Part shown: positions 38,612 through 48,281 of the stretch, piece by piece
Position numbering within the stretch: the stretch's first letter is position 1
Layout of the letters: every line of letters begins with the position of its first letter
Assembly (NCBI GenBank): GCA_964430885.1
Contig: CAYSHM010000003.1
Coordinates: forward strand, 96,001-160,000
DNA length: 64,000 bases
Direction of reading: 5' to 3'
Source of the DNA: an uncultured archaeon
GTDB taxonomy: Archaea > Thermoplasmatota > Penumbrarchaeia > JASLWR01
The notes under the pieces: model-generated
Databases searched by the model: none
Seen by the model: only the letters and a program-made list of their open reading frames with translations
Told to the model about the DNA's origin: nothing
Position numbers and translations under genes: made by a program

Positions 38612-38833
38612 TTATAACTGTTTAAAATCAGGTTTGGCGGATTTGGACATGTATTCAATACCGACATAATTCAAGTTATAATATATTATTCCAAGACGTT
38701 TCAGTTGTTTAGCATATTTCCAAAATTTTTCTTCACTTATATTCAATTCCTTGGTTAATAAAGAAACAAGAACCATTTGTCCAGGCTCATCTATGTGTTT
38801 GGCAATTTGATCAAATACTACAACCAGATCCAA
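38612..38833 (-). CDS. Small winged-helix-like protein
   Basis: TTG follows a GGTGA SD; the pattern KELNISEEKFWKYAKQLKRLGIIY resembles a wHTH. Confidence 0.55.
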   Translation of the reverse strand: MDLVVVFDQIAKHIDEPGQMVLVSLLTKELNISEEKFWKYAKQLKRLGIIYYNLNYVGIEYMSKSAKPDFKQL

Positions 38834-39035
38834 TTTCTCACCAAAAATTGCTATCGCGCTTAGGGTTTAAAAAGATTTTGAACTCAATCAATCGAAACCT
38901 GACATTTTTGTAGATATGTTTCATTTATAATCCTAAATTCCAGTCCACATTAAAATCTTACCACTGAGGGATTTATCAGTGATACTTAGATAAACTAAGA
39001 GTTTAATAATGAGCCATTGCTTCGGTGGATGCAAG

Positions 39036-40472
39036 ATGATATCCCTAATATGGCTAATGATGAAGGAGGAGTTCAGGTTCCATACCAATTTCGCCTCCAA
39101 GGTAAATTTCTTCTTTTTTCCCGTTATTGCCCTACTGGTGGGCGCCATCGGTCCATTGGGGATACCCAACATCTCCGAGAGCATGGACATTGAAAGAATG
39201 GTTATCTATCTGCATGTTTCCATGCTATTCTACGGCTTCTCCATCGGCAGCATTACCTTTCTCGGTGGGGATTATATTGAACGGCGGTTCGGCAATGTGA
39301 CATTTATCCGGTTCACCCCGAGAACCCTTCCCTGGAGTTTCCGAAAAGCCTTCGCGGTCTACTATATCCAGGACCTGATCTTCTATCTTCTCTTGACCAT
39401 AATACCCCTCACCGCAGGCGGTATGATATCTTCCTTTATTCAGGGTATGAACCCTGGCCAGGCCCTCCTGCTTGGATTCACCTTTTTCCTGGCATTCAGC
39501 ACTGGGCTGACCTTTTCATTTCTGTCTGCCGGGATTTTCAGCCGCGGGAAGAAGTTCTTCATCCCTTACGCTGTACTCCTGGTAACCGGAATAATCTCCA
39601 TGGTGGTGGTACCTGAATCCATCCATAGGTTCCTATTACCCTCCTATCAGTTCTTTCAAACAAAGAATTACCTTTTCATGATACTGAATATTCTCTATGT
39701 TGCACTGCTCTTTGACTTGGGGGTGATGCTTATCAGAGAATATCCTGCCAAACGGATGTTCAAGGTCAAGAGCGTGCTCCATGAGATCCATAAACGCTTC
39801 TCGTTCAGCAGGAACTATTCACTGATGATATCAAAGGAGATCATAGATATCAAGCGGTCCAATACCATTTCCAAAATGCTTTTTTCCACTGTTATGCCCC
39901 TGCTTCTCATTACTGGAATGACATGGTTCATTGAGACCGGGTTCGATCTTGAACTGGGATTCAATACCGTGTTCTATGCCAGCCTGATAGGTTATTTTCA
40001 GGTGGTCACCTACAGCTGGATGAACAACTCGGAAAAGGTGGATTACTACGAAACACTGCCGGTCACAGTGGCCAAGGTTATAAAGTCCAAGATAATGGTA
40101 TGCGTGGTAATAGCAAATCTGATGTCATTCCTTTTTGTGATATTCGTTTCATTCCTGCTGAAAGAAGTGGAACTTGTACCCATAGCTCTGGCGGTGATGT
40201 TCTTCAACATACTTTACTGCGTGACGGTCATAGGTTATCTTACAGGTCTGAGGACAAATTCGGCTCTGTTTGATATCAGGATACTGATGAAGTTCAGCGC
40301 CTTTGCAATGGTTCCGCTAATATTCATGATGGCATTTTCCAGGATAATCGATAATAAATGGATATTCGCCCTGGTATCCCTTGTGGGTGTCTGTATAATA
40401 ATGGGCGGTGTTGTGCTCCTCCTATACCGGGCTATAGATAATAAATGGAAGAACGAAAGGTTCGTCATATAA
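39036..40472 (+). CDS. Polytopic membrane protein, ABC-exporter permease-like (two TM halves)
   Basis: About 12 hydrophobic segments. The halves repeat: MMKEEFR..TLPWSFRK and ISKEIIDIKR..YETLPVTVAKVI. Confidence 0.7.
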   Translation: MISLIWLMMKEEFRFHTNFASKVNFFFFPVIALLVGAIGPLGIPNISESMDIERMVIYLHVSMLFYGFSIGSITFLGGDYIERRFGNVTFIRFTPRTLPWSFRKAFAVYYIQDLIFYLLLTIIPLTAGGMISSFIQGMNPGQALLLGFTFFLAFSTGLTFSFLSAGIFSRGKKFFIPYAVLLVTGIISMVVVPESIHRFLLPSYQFFQTKNYLFMILNILYVALLFDLGVMLIREYPAKRMFKVKSVLHEIHKRFSFSRNYSLMISKEIIDIKRSNTISKMLFSTVMPLLLITGMTWFIETGFDLELGFNTVFYASLIGYFQVVTYSWMNNSEKVDYYETLPVTVAKVIKSKIMVCVVIANLMSFLFVIFVSFLLKEVELVPIALAVMFFNILYCVTVIGYLTGLRTNSALFDIRILMKFSAFAMVPLIFMMAFSRIIDNKWIFALVSLVGVCIIMGGVVLLLYRAIDNKWKNERFVI

Positions 40473-40479
40473 CTTCAAA

Positions 40480-41538
40480 TTGGCAGATGCTGCTTTAACG
40501 ATTGACAAATATAAATTGAACAACGAGGTGATCCGGATACGGGAATGGGTAAGACCCCTATATACTGAAAGGCCGAAGATAGGGATTGTCGGAACTGGAA
40601 TCGGCGGTTCGGGTCTCATCGATGAACTTCGGGAGATGAGCCTGCTCTTCCGGAATATCGATGACCTGGTACTGGTCCAGATGGAATCCCTTAACAGTAT
40701 GGGTCCTATCTGGGATTCACAGGGTTTCGAGTTCGATTCCTTTTTGGAGGACGGGGGAAAGGATGGACTTGAAGGTGACCTTATCGGCAGGGATTGGCTG
40801 GATAGAAACCTGATGATGATGAATCCGGCCTATTCCATCCTCCGCAATATGCCCCTGGAAACAGTTAAATGGGCTGCGCATCTCGTTTTAGAGCTTGACA
40901 TGGTCTACATTATCAGCGAATTGAAAAAGGACGCCCTTGACCTGTGTCTTCTCATCGACGCCCTGTGCACAAAGTTCGATAGAAATGATATACTGTTTCT
41001 GGTCAGACCCGACTCCATTCTGGAGAGCCACAATATCCGCTATTACAACAACCGCACCCAGCACCTCTCCTTATGTTCAGACTGCGCCATAATGACACCT
41101 GAACTGATTATGGATAACCCGGATGACCTGGCCGAGATAATAATCGGCCTTCACAAGGTCATCTTTCATACCGGAACAGTTAACATCGACCTAGCAGATG
41201 TCCGGAGCATTGCAGGGTCGGGAAACGTCGGTATGATAGGCGTGGGAAGGGGCAAGGGGCTGACAAAGGCGGAGCAGGCCTCCAAAAGGGTGGTGAAGCA
41301 CCCTATGATAGATATCGACATATCCTGGATACGCCGGCTGATAATCTGTGTGGAAGGTGGTGCGGATATGACCATAAATGAGAGCAAGGTGGCATCCCAG
41401 TTCATAAAAGAGAAACTCAAAGAGGAAGCGAAGATAATTTGGGGTGCATATGTAAATCCAAAGATGTCCCAGCGGTTGGACATAGTGCTGTTAGTGGGGT
41501 TGACGGCAAATCAGGCCCTGACCCGTAAGCTTTACTGA
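40480..41538 (+). CDS. Divergent FtsZ-like protein (tubulin signature motif lost, T7 loop and C-domain retained)
   Basis: KIGIVGTGIGG, DMVYII, GTVNIDLADV, GMIGVG, HPMIDIDI, VEGGADMTINE and AKIIWGA all match FtsZ; there is no GGGTG(T/S)G. Confidence 0.85.
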   Translation: MADAALTIDKYKLNNEVIRIREWVRPLYTERPKIGIVGTGIGGSGLIDELREMSLLFRNIDDLVLVQMESLNSMGPIWDSQGFEFDSFLEDGGKDGLEGDLIGRDWLDRNLMMMNPAYSILRNMPLETVKWAAHLVLELDMVYIISELKKDALDLCLLIDALCTKFDRNDILFLVRPDSILESHNIRYYNNRTQHLSLCSDCAIMTPELIMDNPDDLAEIIIGLHKVIFHTGTVNIDLADVRSIAGSGNVGMIGVGRGKGLTKAEQASKRVVKHPMIDIDISWIRRLIICVEGGADMTINESKVASQFIKEKLKEEAKIIWGAYVNPKMSQRLDIVLLVGLTANQALTRKLY

Positions 41539-41661
41539 TCAAAAAAAGATTTTTCAAGCAGTTCTTTGCTGTAAATGCCTCGATAATAAATATAATGCAA
41601 CCTTTTTAAGGAAGGAAAGACTATATCGGCTGAGCTTGGTTCAAGTCTTAGGTGGGTTATT

Positions 41662-42867
41662 ATGAACAGACAAACAGAAAGAGGATTGATCGTTTCGGCA
41701 GTGGGATTCTTCTCGAGTATTTTCTTCGGCGTATTGGCTGCGGTGGGTGCGGGCACCGCCTGCTGTCTCATCGATATGATAGGGCTGTTCGGCCTTATCC
41801 TCATTTATATCGGGAGGTTTGACCACGGAAAATCCCACCAGACATTCGCAAAATATGCCATTATCATCTATATCGTAGTAAACCTGGGAATATTATTCTT
41901 CAATTTCACTGAGCCCGGCGTTCTGGAGGTCACTCTAATCAGTGGTGTTCAGATAGCCCTCCTCATGCTGGTGGCCTTCCTGATGGCGTTTAAATTGGTG
42001 GATTCCACGGGGAAACAGCTTCTGGCCTTGGGTCTGGTCCTAGGTGTTGTTGGTGCGGGTACTTTGACCTTCATGAGCATGCCAATTAATCAAGAAAACG
42101 ATGACATTCAATCCGAACTGGAAAAATTCATTGATGACAAGGATGAACGATCGGACGCCATGCTATCACCTTCAGTCATAAAGAAGGATTACAAGAACGA
42201 TATCAAGGAGAATGAGATCAACGATACCGAGAGCTACCAGCGTCTGAACCGGCTGTATATGGAATGGCGGAACCAGACAGATCTCAATCATTCGGCATAT
42301 ACCATAACAATTGCCGCTCTGGCGGATATCAACAGCACCCTTTATGAGCTCAATACCTCATTGAAGGAACCTGGGCACTCAACAAAGGACGAGAATCTGA
42401 CCCTTGAGCTTCTGAACATCACCATCAATATCAAGAAGGATGTCATAAACAATAACAGGGATTACTGGAACAAGACAAATGCAATACGCCTCCTTAAGGA
42501 CTATCTGGATAACGCGGAAGAAATGAACATGGTACTTCTGGCAAAGGCTCCCGGACTCCTTTTCTTCGGATTTGCATATCTGCGTTGCTATAAGCGGACA
42601 AAAAAATACAATGATGAACAGGAACTCCTCATGAAGCAGGAGAGACAGCGGCTCTTGGAAGAGCAAGCTCTGGCGGATAAGGACGATGAGCTTGAGGACG
42701 ATGAAGAGGAAGAAGATCCGAGGCCTGATGATAGGAAAAAAGGAACGGCCAAGGGTTCAAAGAAGAAATCCGGCGAAAAGAAAAAAACCTCTCGACCAGT
42801 GGAAGACGATGATGAGCTTGATGATATTATGAATATATCCGAAATTAAGAAGAAATACAGCAATTGA
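41662..42867 (+). CDS. Hypothetical polytopic membrane protein with large helical loop and charged C-terminal tail
   Basis: About five N-terminal TMs, a soluble helical region with N-x-S/T sequons, a further TM, then a D/E/K-rich tail. Confidence 0.75.
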   Translation: MNRQTERGLIVSAVGFFSSIFFGVLAAVGAGTACCLIDMIGLFGLILIYIGRFDHGKSHQTFAKYAIIIYIVVNLGILFFNFTEPGVLEVTLISGVQIALLMLVAFLMAFKLVDSTGKQLLALGLVLGVVGAGTLTFMSMPINQENDDIQSELEKFIDDKDERSDAMLSPSVIKKDYKNDIKENEINDTESYQRLNRLYMEWRNQTDLNHSAYTITIAALADINSTLYELNTSLKEPGHSTKDENLTLELLNITINIKKDVINNNRDYWNKTNAIRLLKDYLDNAEEMNMVLLAKAPGLLFFGFAYLRCYKRTKKYNDEQELLMKQERQRLLEEQALADKDDELEDDEEEEDPRPDDRKKGTAKGSKKKSGEKKKTSRPVEDDDELDDIMNISEIKKKYSN

Positions 42868-42883
42868 ACAAGAGGTGGCCATA

Positions 42884-43810
42884 ATGAAAAAGGACGTAAT
42901 ATCTATTCTGGACATAGAGGATCAGATAATGGGTCTGATAGAAGCTTCCATCAAGATCAAGCAGAAGATTAAAAATTCCGAGAGATACACACCCATGGAA
43001 GGGATGACACTGGGAATGCTCTTCGAGAAACCGTCCACCAGAACCCGTATTTCCTTTGAAGTGGGCGCGACACAGCTTGGCGGTCATGCCATCTATCTCG
43101 GGACCAATGACCTTCAGCTGGGAAGGGGCGAGACCATCGGTGATACCGGCCGGGTAATATCAAGATATGTCGATATTGTTATGTACCGAGCTTACGAACA
43201 TTCCAATGTTGTTGAATTGGCTAGAAGCTCTACAGTACCTGTGATAAATGCCCTGGACAATATCGAACACCCATGCCAGATTCTTGCGGATTTTCAGACC
43301 ATATATGAGAAGAAACATAGGCTCCAAGGAATCAAACTAACTTATGTCGGGGACGGAAACAACGTATGCAATTCCCTGCTGTTGGGAGCTGCCTGTGCCG
43401 GTATGGACATTGTGGTTGGGACCCCTGAGATTTTCCGGCCTCCAGCCTCCATAGTGGAAAAAGCAAAGTTCATTGCAGGCAAGAACGGCAGCACCGTCAA
43501 GATCACAAGTTCACCCCAGGAGGCTGTTGATGATGCGGATGTGATTTATACCGATACGTGGGTCTCCATGGGTGACAAGAACGCTGATGAGCGCAAGAAA
43601 GCTCTTACCCCATTTCAGGTAAACAGAGAACTGGTCAGTCTGGCCAGGGACGACTATATTTTCATGCACTGCCTGCCTGCTCACAGAGGTGAAGAGGTTA
43701 CAAACGAGATAATCGATTCACGTCGATCAGTGGTCATAGACGAGGCCGAGAACAGACTGCATGCACAGAAGGCATTAATGCTGTATCTCCTAGGACTTCT
43801 GAAGCTGTGA
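42884..43810 (+). CDS. argF: Ornithine carbamoyltransferase
   Basis: FEKPSTRTR, HPCQ, GDGNNV, YTDTWVSMG, HCLPAHRG and AENRLH. Confidence 0.97.
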   Translation: MKKDVISILDIEDQIMGLIEASIKIKQKIKNSERYTPMEGMTLGMLFEKPSTRTRISFEVGATQLGGHAIYLGTNDLQLGRGETIGDTGRVISRYVDIVMYRAYEHSNVVELARSSTVPVINALDNIEHPCQILADFQTIYEKKHRLQGIKLTYVGDGNNVCNSLLLGAACAGMDIVVGTPEIFRPPASIVEKAKFIAGKNGSTVKITSSPQEAVDDADVIYTDTWVSMGDKNADERKKALTPFQVNRELVSLARDDYIFMHCLPAHRGEEVTNEIIDSRRSVVIDEAENRLHAQKALMLYLLGLLKL

Positions 43811-43845
43811 ATGAACAATTTTGGCAATTACTCTAATATACCGTT

Positions 43846-44319
43846 TTAAAAAAATTTCTTCACCAAAGCGGCCATCCTCCTGCCATAGCGTAAGCACTCC
43901 TCCCTAGCCCTTTCATCAGGCTTCCCTACTGAGACTGGTCCGTAATGACTTCCTTTAGGGTCTCCCATCAGGACCATTCCATGGACCATGAACATCTGAA
44001 GAATACCCATTATTGTAGTCTCGTTACCTCCGGCCAAATTCGCACTGGATGTGAAAGCTCCGCCCACCTTTCCCTCAAGTTTTCCGTGATAGACGACGCT
44101 GCGGTCTAAAAGATCCTTGACCTGATAGGCCGAAGCACCGTAATAGGTCGGGGAACCTATTATGATCCCCTGAAATTCAAGCATGGCCGAGGGCTCAGCT
44201 TCATCTATGTCCATAACGTGAGCTTCCAAACCCTCTTCCACTATCCCCTTTCCTATCAATCTAGCCATTTCTTCAGTATTCCCACTTCTGGAATAATATA
44301 AAATCAGTATTCTCGACAT
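43846..44319 (-). CDS. Flavodoxin / WrbA-like NAD(P)H:quinone oxidoreductase
   Basis: YYSRSGNT, GSPTYYG, GKVGGAFTSS..GGNETT and HYG. Confidence 0.88.
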   Translation of the reverse strand: MSRILILYYSRSGNTEEMARLIGKGIVEEGLEAHVMDIDEAEPSAMLEFQGIIIGSPTYYGASAYQVKDLLDRSVVYHGKLEGKVGGAFTSSANLAGGNETTIMGILQMFMVHGMVLMGDPKGSHYGPVSVGKPDERAREECLRYGRRMAALVKKFF

Positions 44320-44363
44320 TTTCTTCAACTCCAATTTTCAATAAAAAATATTAAATTCCGATA

Positions 44364-45566
44364 TCAAAGATCAATCCCGTATGACTCTTTGAGCTTTCCC
44401 CTTATTTTCACAGGAACATTCCCCTCGATATCCGTAAACCTTATACGGCTGAACTCCCCAAGTCCAAGGTCTAGCTGGGTAAGGGTCTGCCATATCCTAT
44501 CCTGCACCATTCCCTTTTCATTAACAAGTTTTTTCAAAAGTGGTTCCACAACCCTCATATCGCCTAATTCAGAAAATGCTTTAGCCACTTCCCAACGAAC
44601 ATGCATATCATCATCGGACAGCAATTTCAGTAAGGGATCAAATACAGGGATATCCGACGAAGGCACCAATCTTCCCAGAGCCTTTGCTGAAGCCCTCCTC
44701 ACCCGGGGATTTTTATCAGAAAGTGTCTGAATTATTCCCTGTACCCCTCCTGTGTCCCCGATTTCCCCTAGGGTCCAAACCGCGCCTTCTCTAATATTGG
44801 CATCTTCATGGGAAAGGGCATCAAGCAAACTGGTAACGGCCATTCCTCCGAACTCCACCAAGGTTCGAGCTGCTGCCCGTTGCAGTGGGGGTTTCTTGTG
44901 AGACAGCTCAATTACACTGAGACTGTCATCGGTTTCGGCCTGTGATAATAAAGGAATGATACAGGCAATGCTCCCTTTGTCCCGTATCTTGCCGAGGGCG
45001 CTCAGAGCAGCCCTTACTACGTCAGATGAGGGGTCTGACAGCATGGGTAAGATATATTCGGCGTAATCCCCGGGATGATTGACCGCAATACGGCCTATGG
45101 CCCTGAGACATGCATATCTTACATATCTGTTTTCACTGATCAAGTTATGAATCAGTACGTCCTTTTCATCAGTACCTACCAGGCTCTCAATGGTCTTCAT
45201 CAACTGCATCCTACTACACTCATCATCAGAATCCAGTTGGTCGAAAAGAGCAGCCATAGGGGAATTGCTCCCATCCCTTTTCAGGGGATGACATCTTTGG
45301 CATGAATGTAGAATACCTTCCTTGGTGATCATCCATTCATCCTGCAGTTCCATTACCCTGTCGGACCGGCCGCAGGTAGGACATGTGTACGGGGATTCAT
45401 CTGGCGATTCACCATCCGAACCATTGATCAAGCGCATACTATGGGAGCAGTGATCACATATCCAAAAGGGAAGCGGTCTTACGGCAATGGAGACCTGCCC
45501 CTGATTGGGAGAATGAAGTTCAACTATCATGTCGGCATTGCATTTAGGGCACTTTAAGTAAACCAC
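44364..45566 (-). CDS. Zinc-ribbon + HEAT (PBS-lyase-type) repeat protein
   Basis: CPKC, CDHC, CPTC and CQRC; repeats VVRAALSALGKI, IREGAVWTLGEIG, VRRASAKALGRL and VRWEVAKAFSELG. Confidence 0.85.
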   Translation of the reverse strand: MVYLKCPKCNADMIVELHSPNQGQVSIAVRPLPFWICDHCSHSMRLINGSDGESPDESPYTCPTCGRSDRVMELQDEWMITKEGILHSCQRCHPLKRDGSNSPMAALFDQLDSDDECSRMQLMKTIESLVGTDEKDVLIHNLISENRYVRYACLRAIGRIAVNHPGDYAEYILPMLSDPSSDVVRAALSALGKIRDKGSIACIIPLLSQAETDDSLSVIELSHKKPPLQRAAARTLVEFGGMAVTSLLDALSHEDANIREGAVWTLGEIGDTGGVQGIIQTLSDKNPRVRRASAKALGRLVPSSDIPVFDPLLKLLSDDDMHVRWEVAKAFSELGDMRVVEPLLKKLVNEKGMVQDRIWQTLTQLDLGLGEFSRIRFTDIEGNVPVKIRGKLKESYGIDL

Positions 45567-45617
45567 CTCAATTACGATTCTTACTGAGCCAATGGTGTGA
45601 AGATATTATTATTGCCC

Positions 45618-46559
45618 TCAATCTTCCTTATCGTCATCAGCATCAACATTATCATGAACCTCTGATTTTGTGCCGCCGTCCTTCTTTTTGGGAAATTTGA
45701 ACCTCCCCTTCACTATCTTCCCCTTGTCCCGTTTATGCAGATCTATCAGGTCAAACAGATTCTCCAAGGCCTCCGGCAGTATCTTGAATGAATAGATCAC
45801 AATCCCTATCAAAACTATAAATGAGAATATCTTACCCAGCCAATTATGGGCCAGATCGAAAGCATCCATTCCGGTTCCAAAACTGATGTCCTCGGCATTG
45901 AGATAGATAATAGCAACATTCCTGAACTGGTTTGCCAAATATATTATAGGTACTGTTATCAGAAAGCCGTAGAACTTCCTTTTTAAAGGTGCTTTAAGGA
46001 ACACATTGAAGATGAAGAAAAGGACAATGGCCTGGATTCCTGTACAAGCCAGTATTATGGTGATGCCTCCGTCCTCAATTGGAACCCTGATCATATCGGA
46101 ATCAAATAGCAGTTCGCCCAGGGACACTTCGGCTCCGAAGGGCTGATAACCAATCCATTGAATTATCTTTACCGTCTGCCAGGCGGTTGCATATATTATC
46201 CCGCCAGATACCCATTTTATCTTATCAATGGCGAAATATATCAACGCTGTGACCGCGGTGGCCTTTGCCGCCCATTCCATGGAAAGCAGATATTCATCCT
46301 TAGAATAGTTCTCCCACTCATGATAACCCAAGTATCCGAACACTGCCACGCCCATCAAGGTGAAAATACCGTTCGTGGGGTTAGCCTCTTTGGTAAAATA
46401 TAGTGCCGTCAAGACCATCCAGAATACTGCATATCCAAAGTATCCGATGGATGCTAGGAGATGTCTCTTCCTGCCACGGAGGAGATATGCAATACCCATT
46501 ACTAGCAGGAATATAATCAGATAGACATCCACAATGGTCATGAACTGGCCGTATTTCAT
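45618..46559 (-). CDS. artA: Archaeosortase A
   Basis: Polytopic; catalytic-triad motifs ILACTGIQ (Cys), NQFRN (Arg) and AHNWLGK (His). PGF-CTERM substrates occur in the same window. Confidence 0.88.
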   Translation of the reverse strand: MKYGQFMTIVDVYLIIFLLVMGIAYLLRGRKRHLLASIGYFGYAVFWMVLTALYFTKEANPTNGIFTLMGVAVFGYLGYHEWENYSKDEYLLSMEWAAKATAVTALIYFAIDKIKWVSGGIIYATAWQTVKIIQWIGYQPFGAEVSLGELLFDSDMIRVPIEDGGITIILACTGIQAIVLFFIFNVFLKAPLKRKFYGFLITVPIIYLANQFRNVAIIYLNAEDISFGTGMDAFDLAHNWLGKIFSFIVLIGIVIYSFKILPEALENLFDLIDLHKRDKGKIVKGRFKFPKKKDGGTKSEVHDNVDADDDKED

Positions 46560-46673
46560 TTTGGTACACCGATAAAACACTGCTTGGACTGAAAATATCA
46601 TCCGATTGAATATACCATGCTAAAGTAGTTCATGTTTTAAAAAATGAAACCTCCGGATTAGAAAAGTTAGAGA

Positions 46674-47195
46674 TTATTCCTTTTTAACCTTATCATATAT
46701 TCCTTTGATGATGGGATTCTTAACTGTCAATTCAAAATCTGCACCGGGCTGTATTTTCTCCAGTTCCAAGATAATGCTAACCAGATCCTTGTAGGCCAGA
46801 TCTGAGCTTCCGCTGATCATATATAGCTCCTGGCCGCCTCTATCCTTTAGGGATAGGCCCTCTGGACAAGGTCCAGAATGGTGACCTTTTACCTCTATCC
46901 TGCGAGTCTCCACTGCACTGATATCACGAATATTCACATCAAATTCCACATTCTTACCCAGAATGAACTTCCAGCTTCCCTCATCCAGGTACAGGTGCCT
47001 CATCCTGCCGGCCCTAATCGCTCCGATTACAAAGAGAGCTCCTGCCACAAATAGCACGATTGCTATTGGTAAAAACAGAAAACTGTCCTCTACAAATATC
47101 ATTGTAGCGCACACACCCGCGCCCACCAGGATGAACAGGGCGATTATTATCAGCAGTATTAGGACAAACCAGTTTCTCTTATGAAGTTCGAACAT
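46674..47195 (-). CDS. Hypothetical membrane protein (two TMs plus PH-like soluble domain)
   Basis: ATG follows GGAGG; two hydrophobic helices, then a beta-rich domain. Confidence 0.65.
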   Translation of the reverse strand: MFELHKRNWFVLILLIIIALFILVGAGVCATMIFVEDSFLFLPIAIVLFVAGALFVIGAIRAGRMRHLYLDEGSWKFILGKNVEFDVNIRDISAVETRRIEVKGHHSGPCPEGLSLKDRGGQELYMISGSSDLAYKDLVSIILELEKIQPGADFELTVKNPIIKGIYDKVKKE

Positions 47196-47212
47196 TGAAA
47201 ACCTCCGTAATA

Positions 47213-48265
47213 TCAAATTTTCAGGTTTGAGCGGTAGACCCTATGATTCCCATCATCATTTGACCTCTCCATCCAAACCTTTTCAACAAGAGGAATCGCT
47301 ATCGCTGATTCCTGTTTTGTGACAATTCCGAAATCGTATTGTGATGAGCGGTGTTCAGAGCGGCCATCATCAAAATAATTTTCAGCGAATTCCTCGTGTG
47401 CGGACAAACGGCCTGCTTTCAGTCTGCTTGACAGCTCAGGCGCATCCATCATCCGGTCATGGATCAGTGTAGAAAGGCTCTCATCCACGTCATATCCTAT
47501 AAAATTCCGCCCGGTGCAGATGGACGATACTGCTGATGTGCCTGTGCCCAAGAAGGGATCCAGTATTGTATCCCCATGAATGCTGAACATATTTATGAGG
47601 CGGTAAGGTAGCTCAATGGGAAAGGCCGCTGACCGCTGGCGGATGTTGTTCCTCGACATATCCTGAGAAACACCCTTGACATCCTCCCAAACGCCCGTGA
47701 ACCATTTATTCCTTTCCTCCCAGAAGTAACCGCTCATGGATCGGATGGATTTTTCTTCATGGGTGAACTCTCTTTTTCCGCCTTTTCTGAATATCAGAAT
47801 GAATTCATGGTCCATGGTCACGTAAGCATTACTGGGGAGCATACCCGAACCCATAAATTTGTTTGGCTTGTTGCCCTCCTTTTTCCAGATGATGTAGGGA
47901 AGGGGATTGAATCCAATTTCGGTCAAGATGTTGGTGAGGATCGTATGGTTGGGGTAGAGTTTGAACTCGGCGCCTATCTTCCGTGTGGCATCACCTATAT
48001 TGACACAGACCAAACCGCCTCCAGCCAAAACCCTATAGCATTCCTCCCAAATGGGTTTCAAACAGAGGTGCATTGCCGTGCAGGCCGCCATGCCGTCATA
48101 AGAATCCAAAAGGGTCCTGACTTCTGGGTCCATATCCGAGAAAACACCATCCCACATCTCAACCATAGGGTAGGGCGGAGAGGTAACAATAAGATCTACG
48201 GATCCGTTCTCAATTTGCTTCATATCAACGGAACTAGTGAAATATATATGGTGGTCAGTGATCAT
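47213..48265 (-). CDS. Orphan beta-class N4-cytosine/N6-adenine DNA methyltransferase
   Basis: Catalytic VTSPPY precedes SAM-binding DPFLGTGT; also HEFILIFRK and AAFPIELP. No nuclease gene is adjacent. Confidence 0.9.
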   Translation of the reverse strand: MITDHHIYFTSSVDMKQIENGSVDLIVTSPPYPMVEMWDGVFSDMDPEVRTLLDSYDGMAACTAMHLCLKPIWEECYRVLAGGGLVCVNIGDATRKIGAEFKLYPNHTILTNILTEIGFNPLPYIIWKKEGNKPNKFMGSGMLPSNAYVTMDHEFILIFRKGGKREFTHEEKSIRSMSGYFWEERNKWFTGVWEDVKGVSQDMSRNNIRQRSAAFPIELPYRLINMFSIHGDTILDPFLGTGTSAVSSICTGRNFIGYDVDESLSTLIHDRMMDAPELSSRLKAGRLSAHEEFAENYFDDGRSEHRSSQYDFGIVTKQESAIAIPLVEKVWMERSNDDGNHRVYRSNLKI

Positions 48266-48281
48266 GATATTCAATCCTGAA

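Noticed and set aside
47213-48265. Restriction-modification or defence island
   Set aside because: No endonuclease or specificity subunit is adjacent; the neighbours are an NAD kinase and a small membrane protein.
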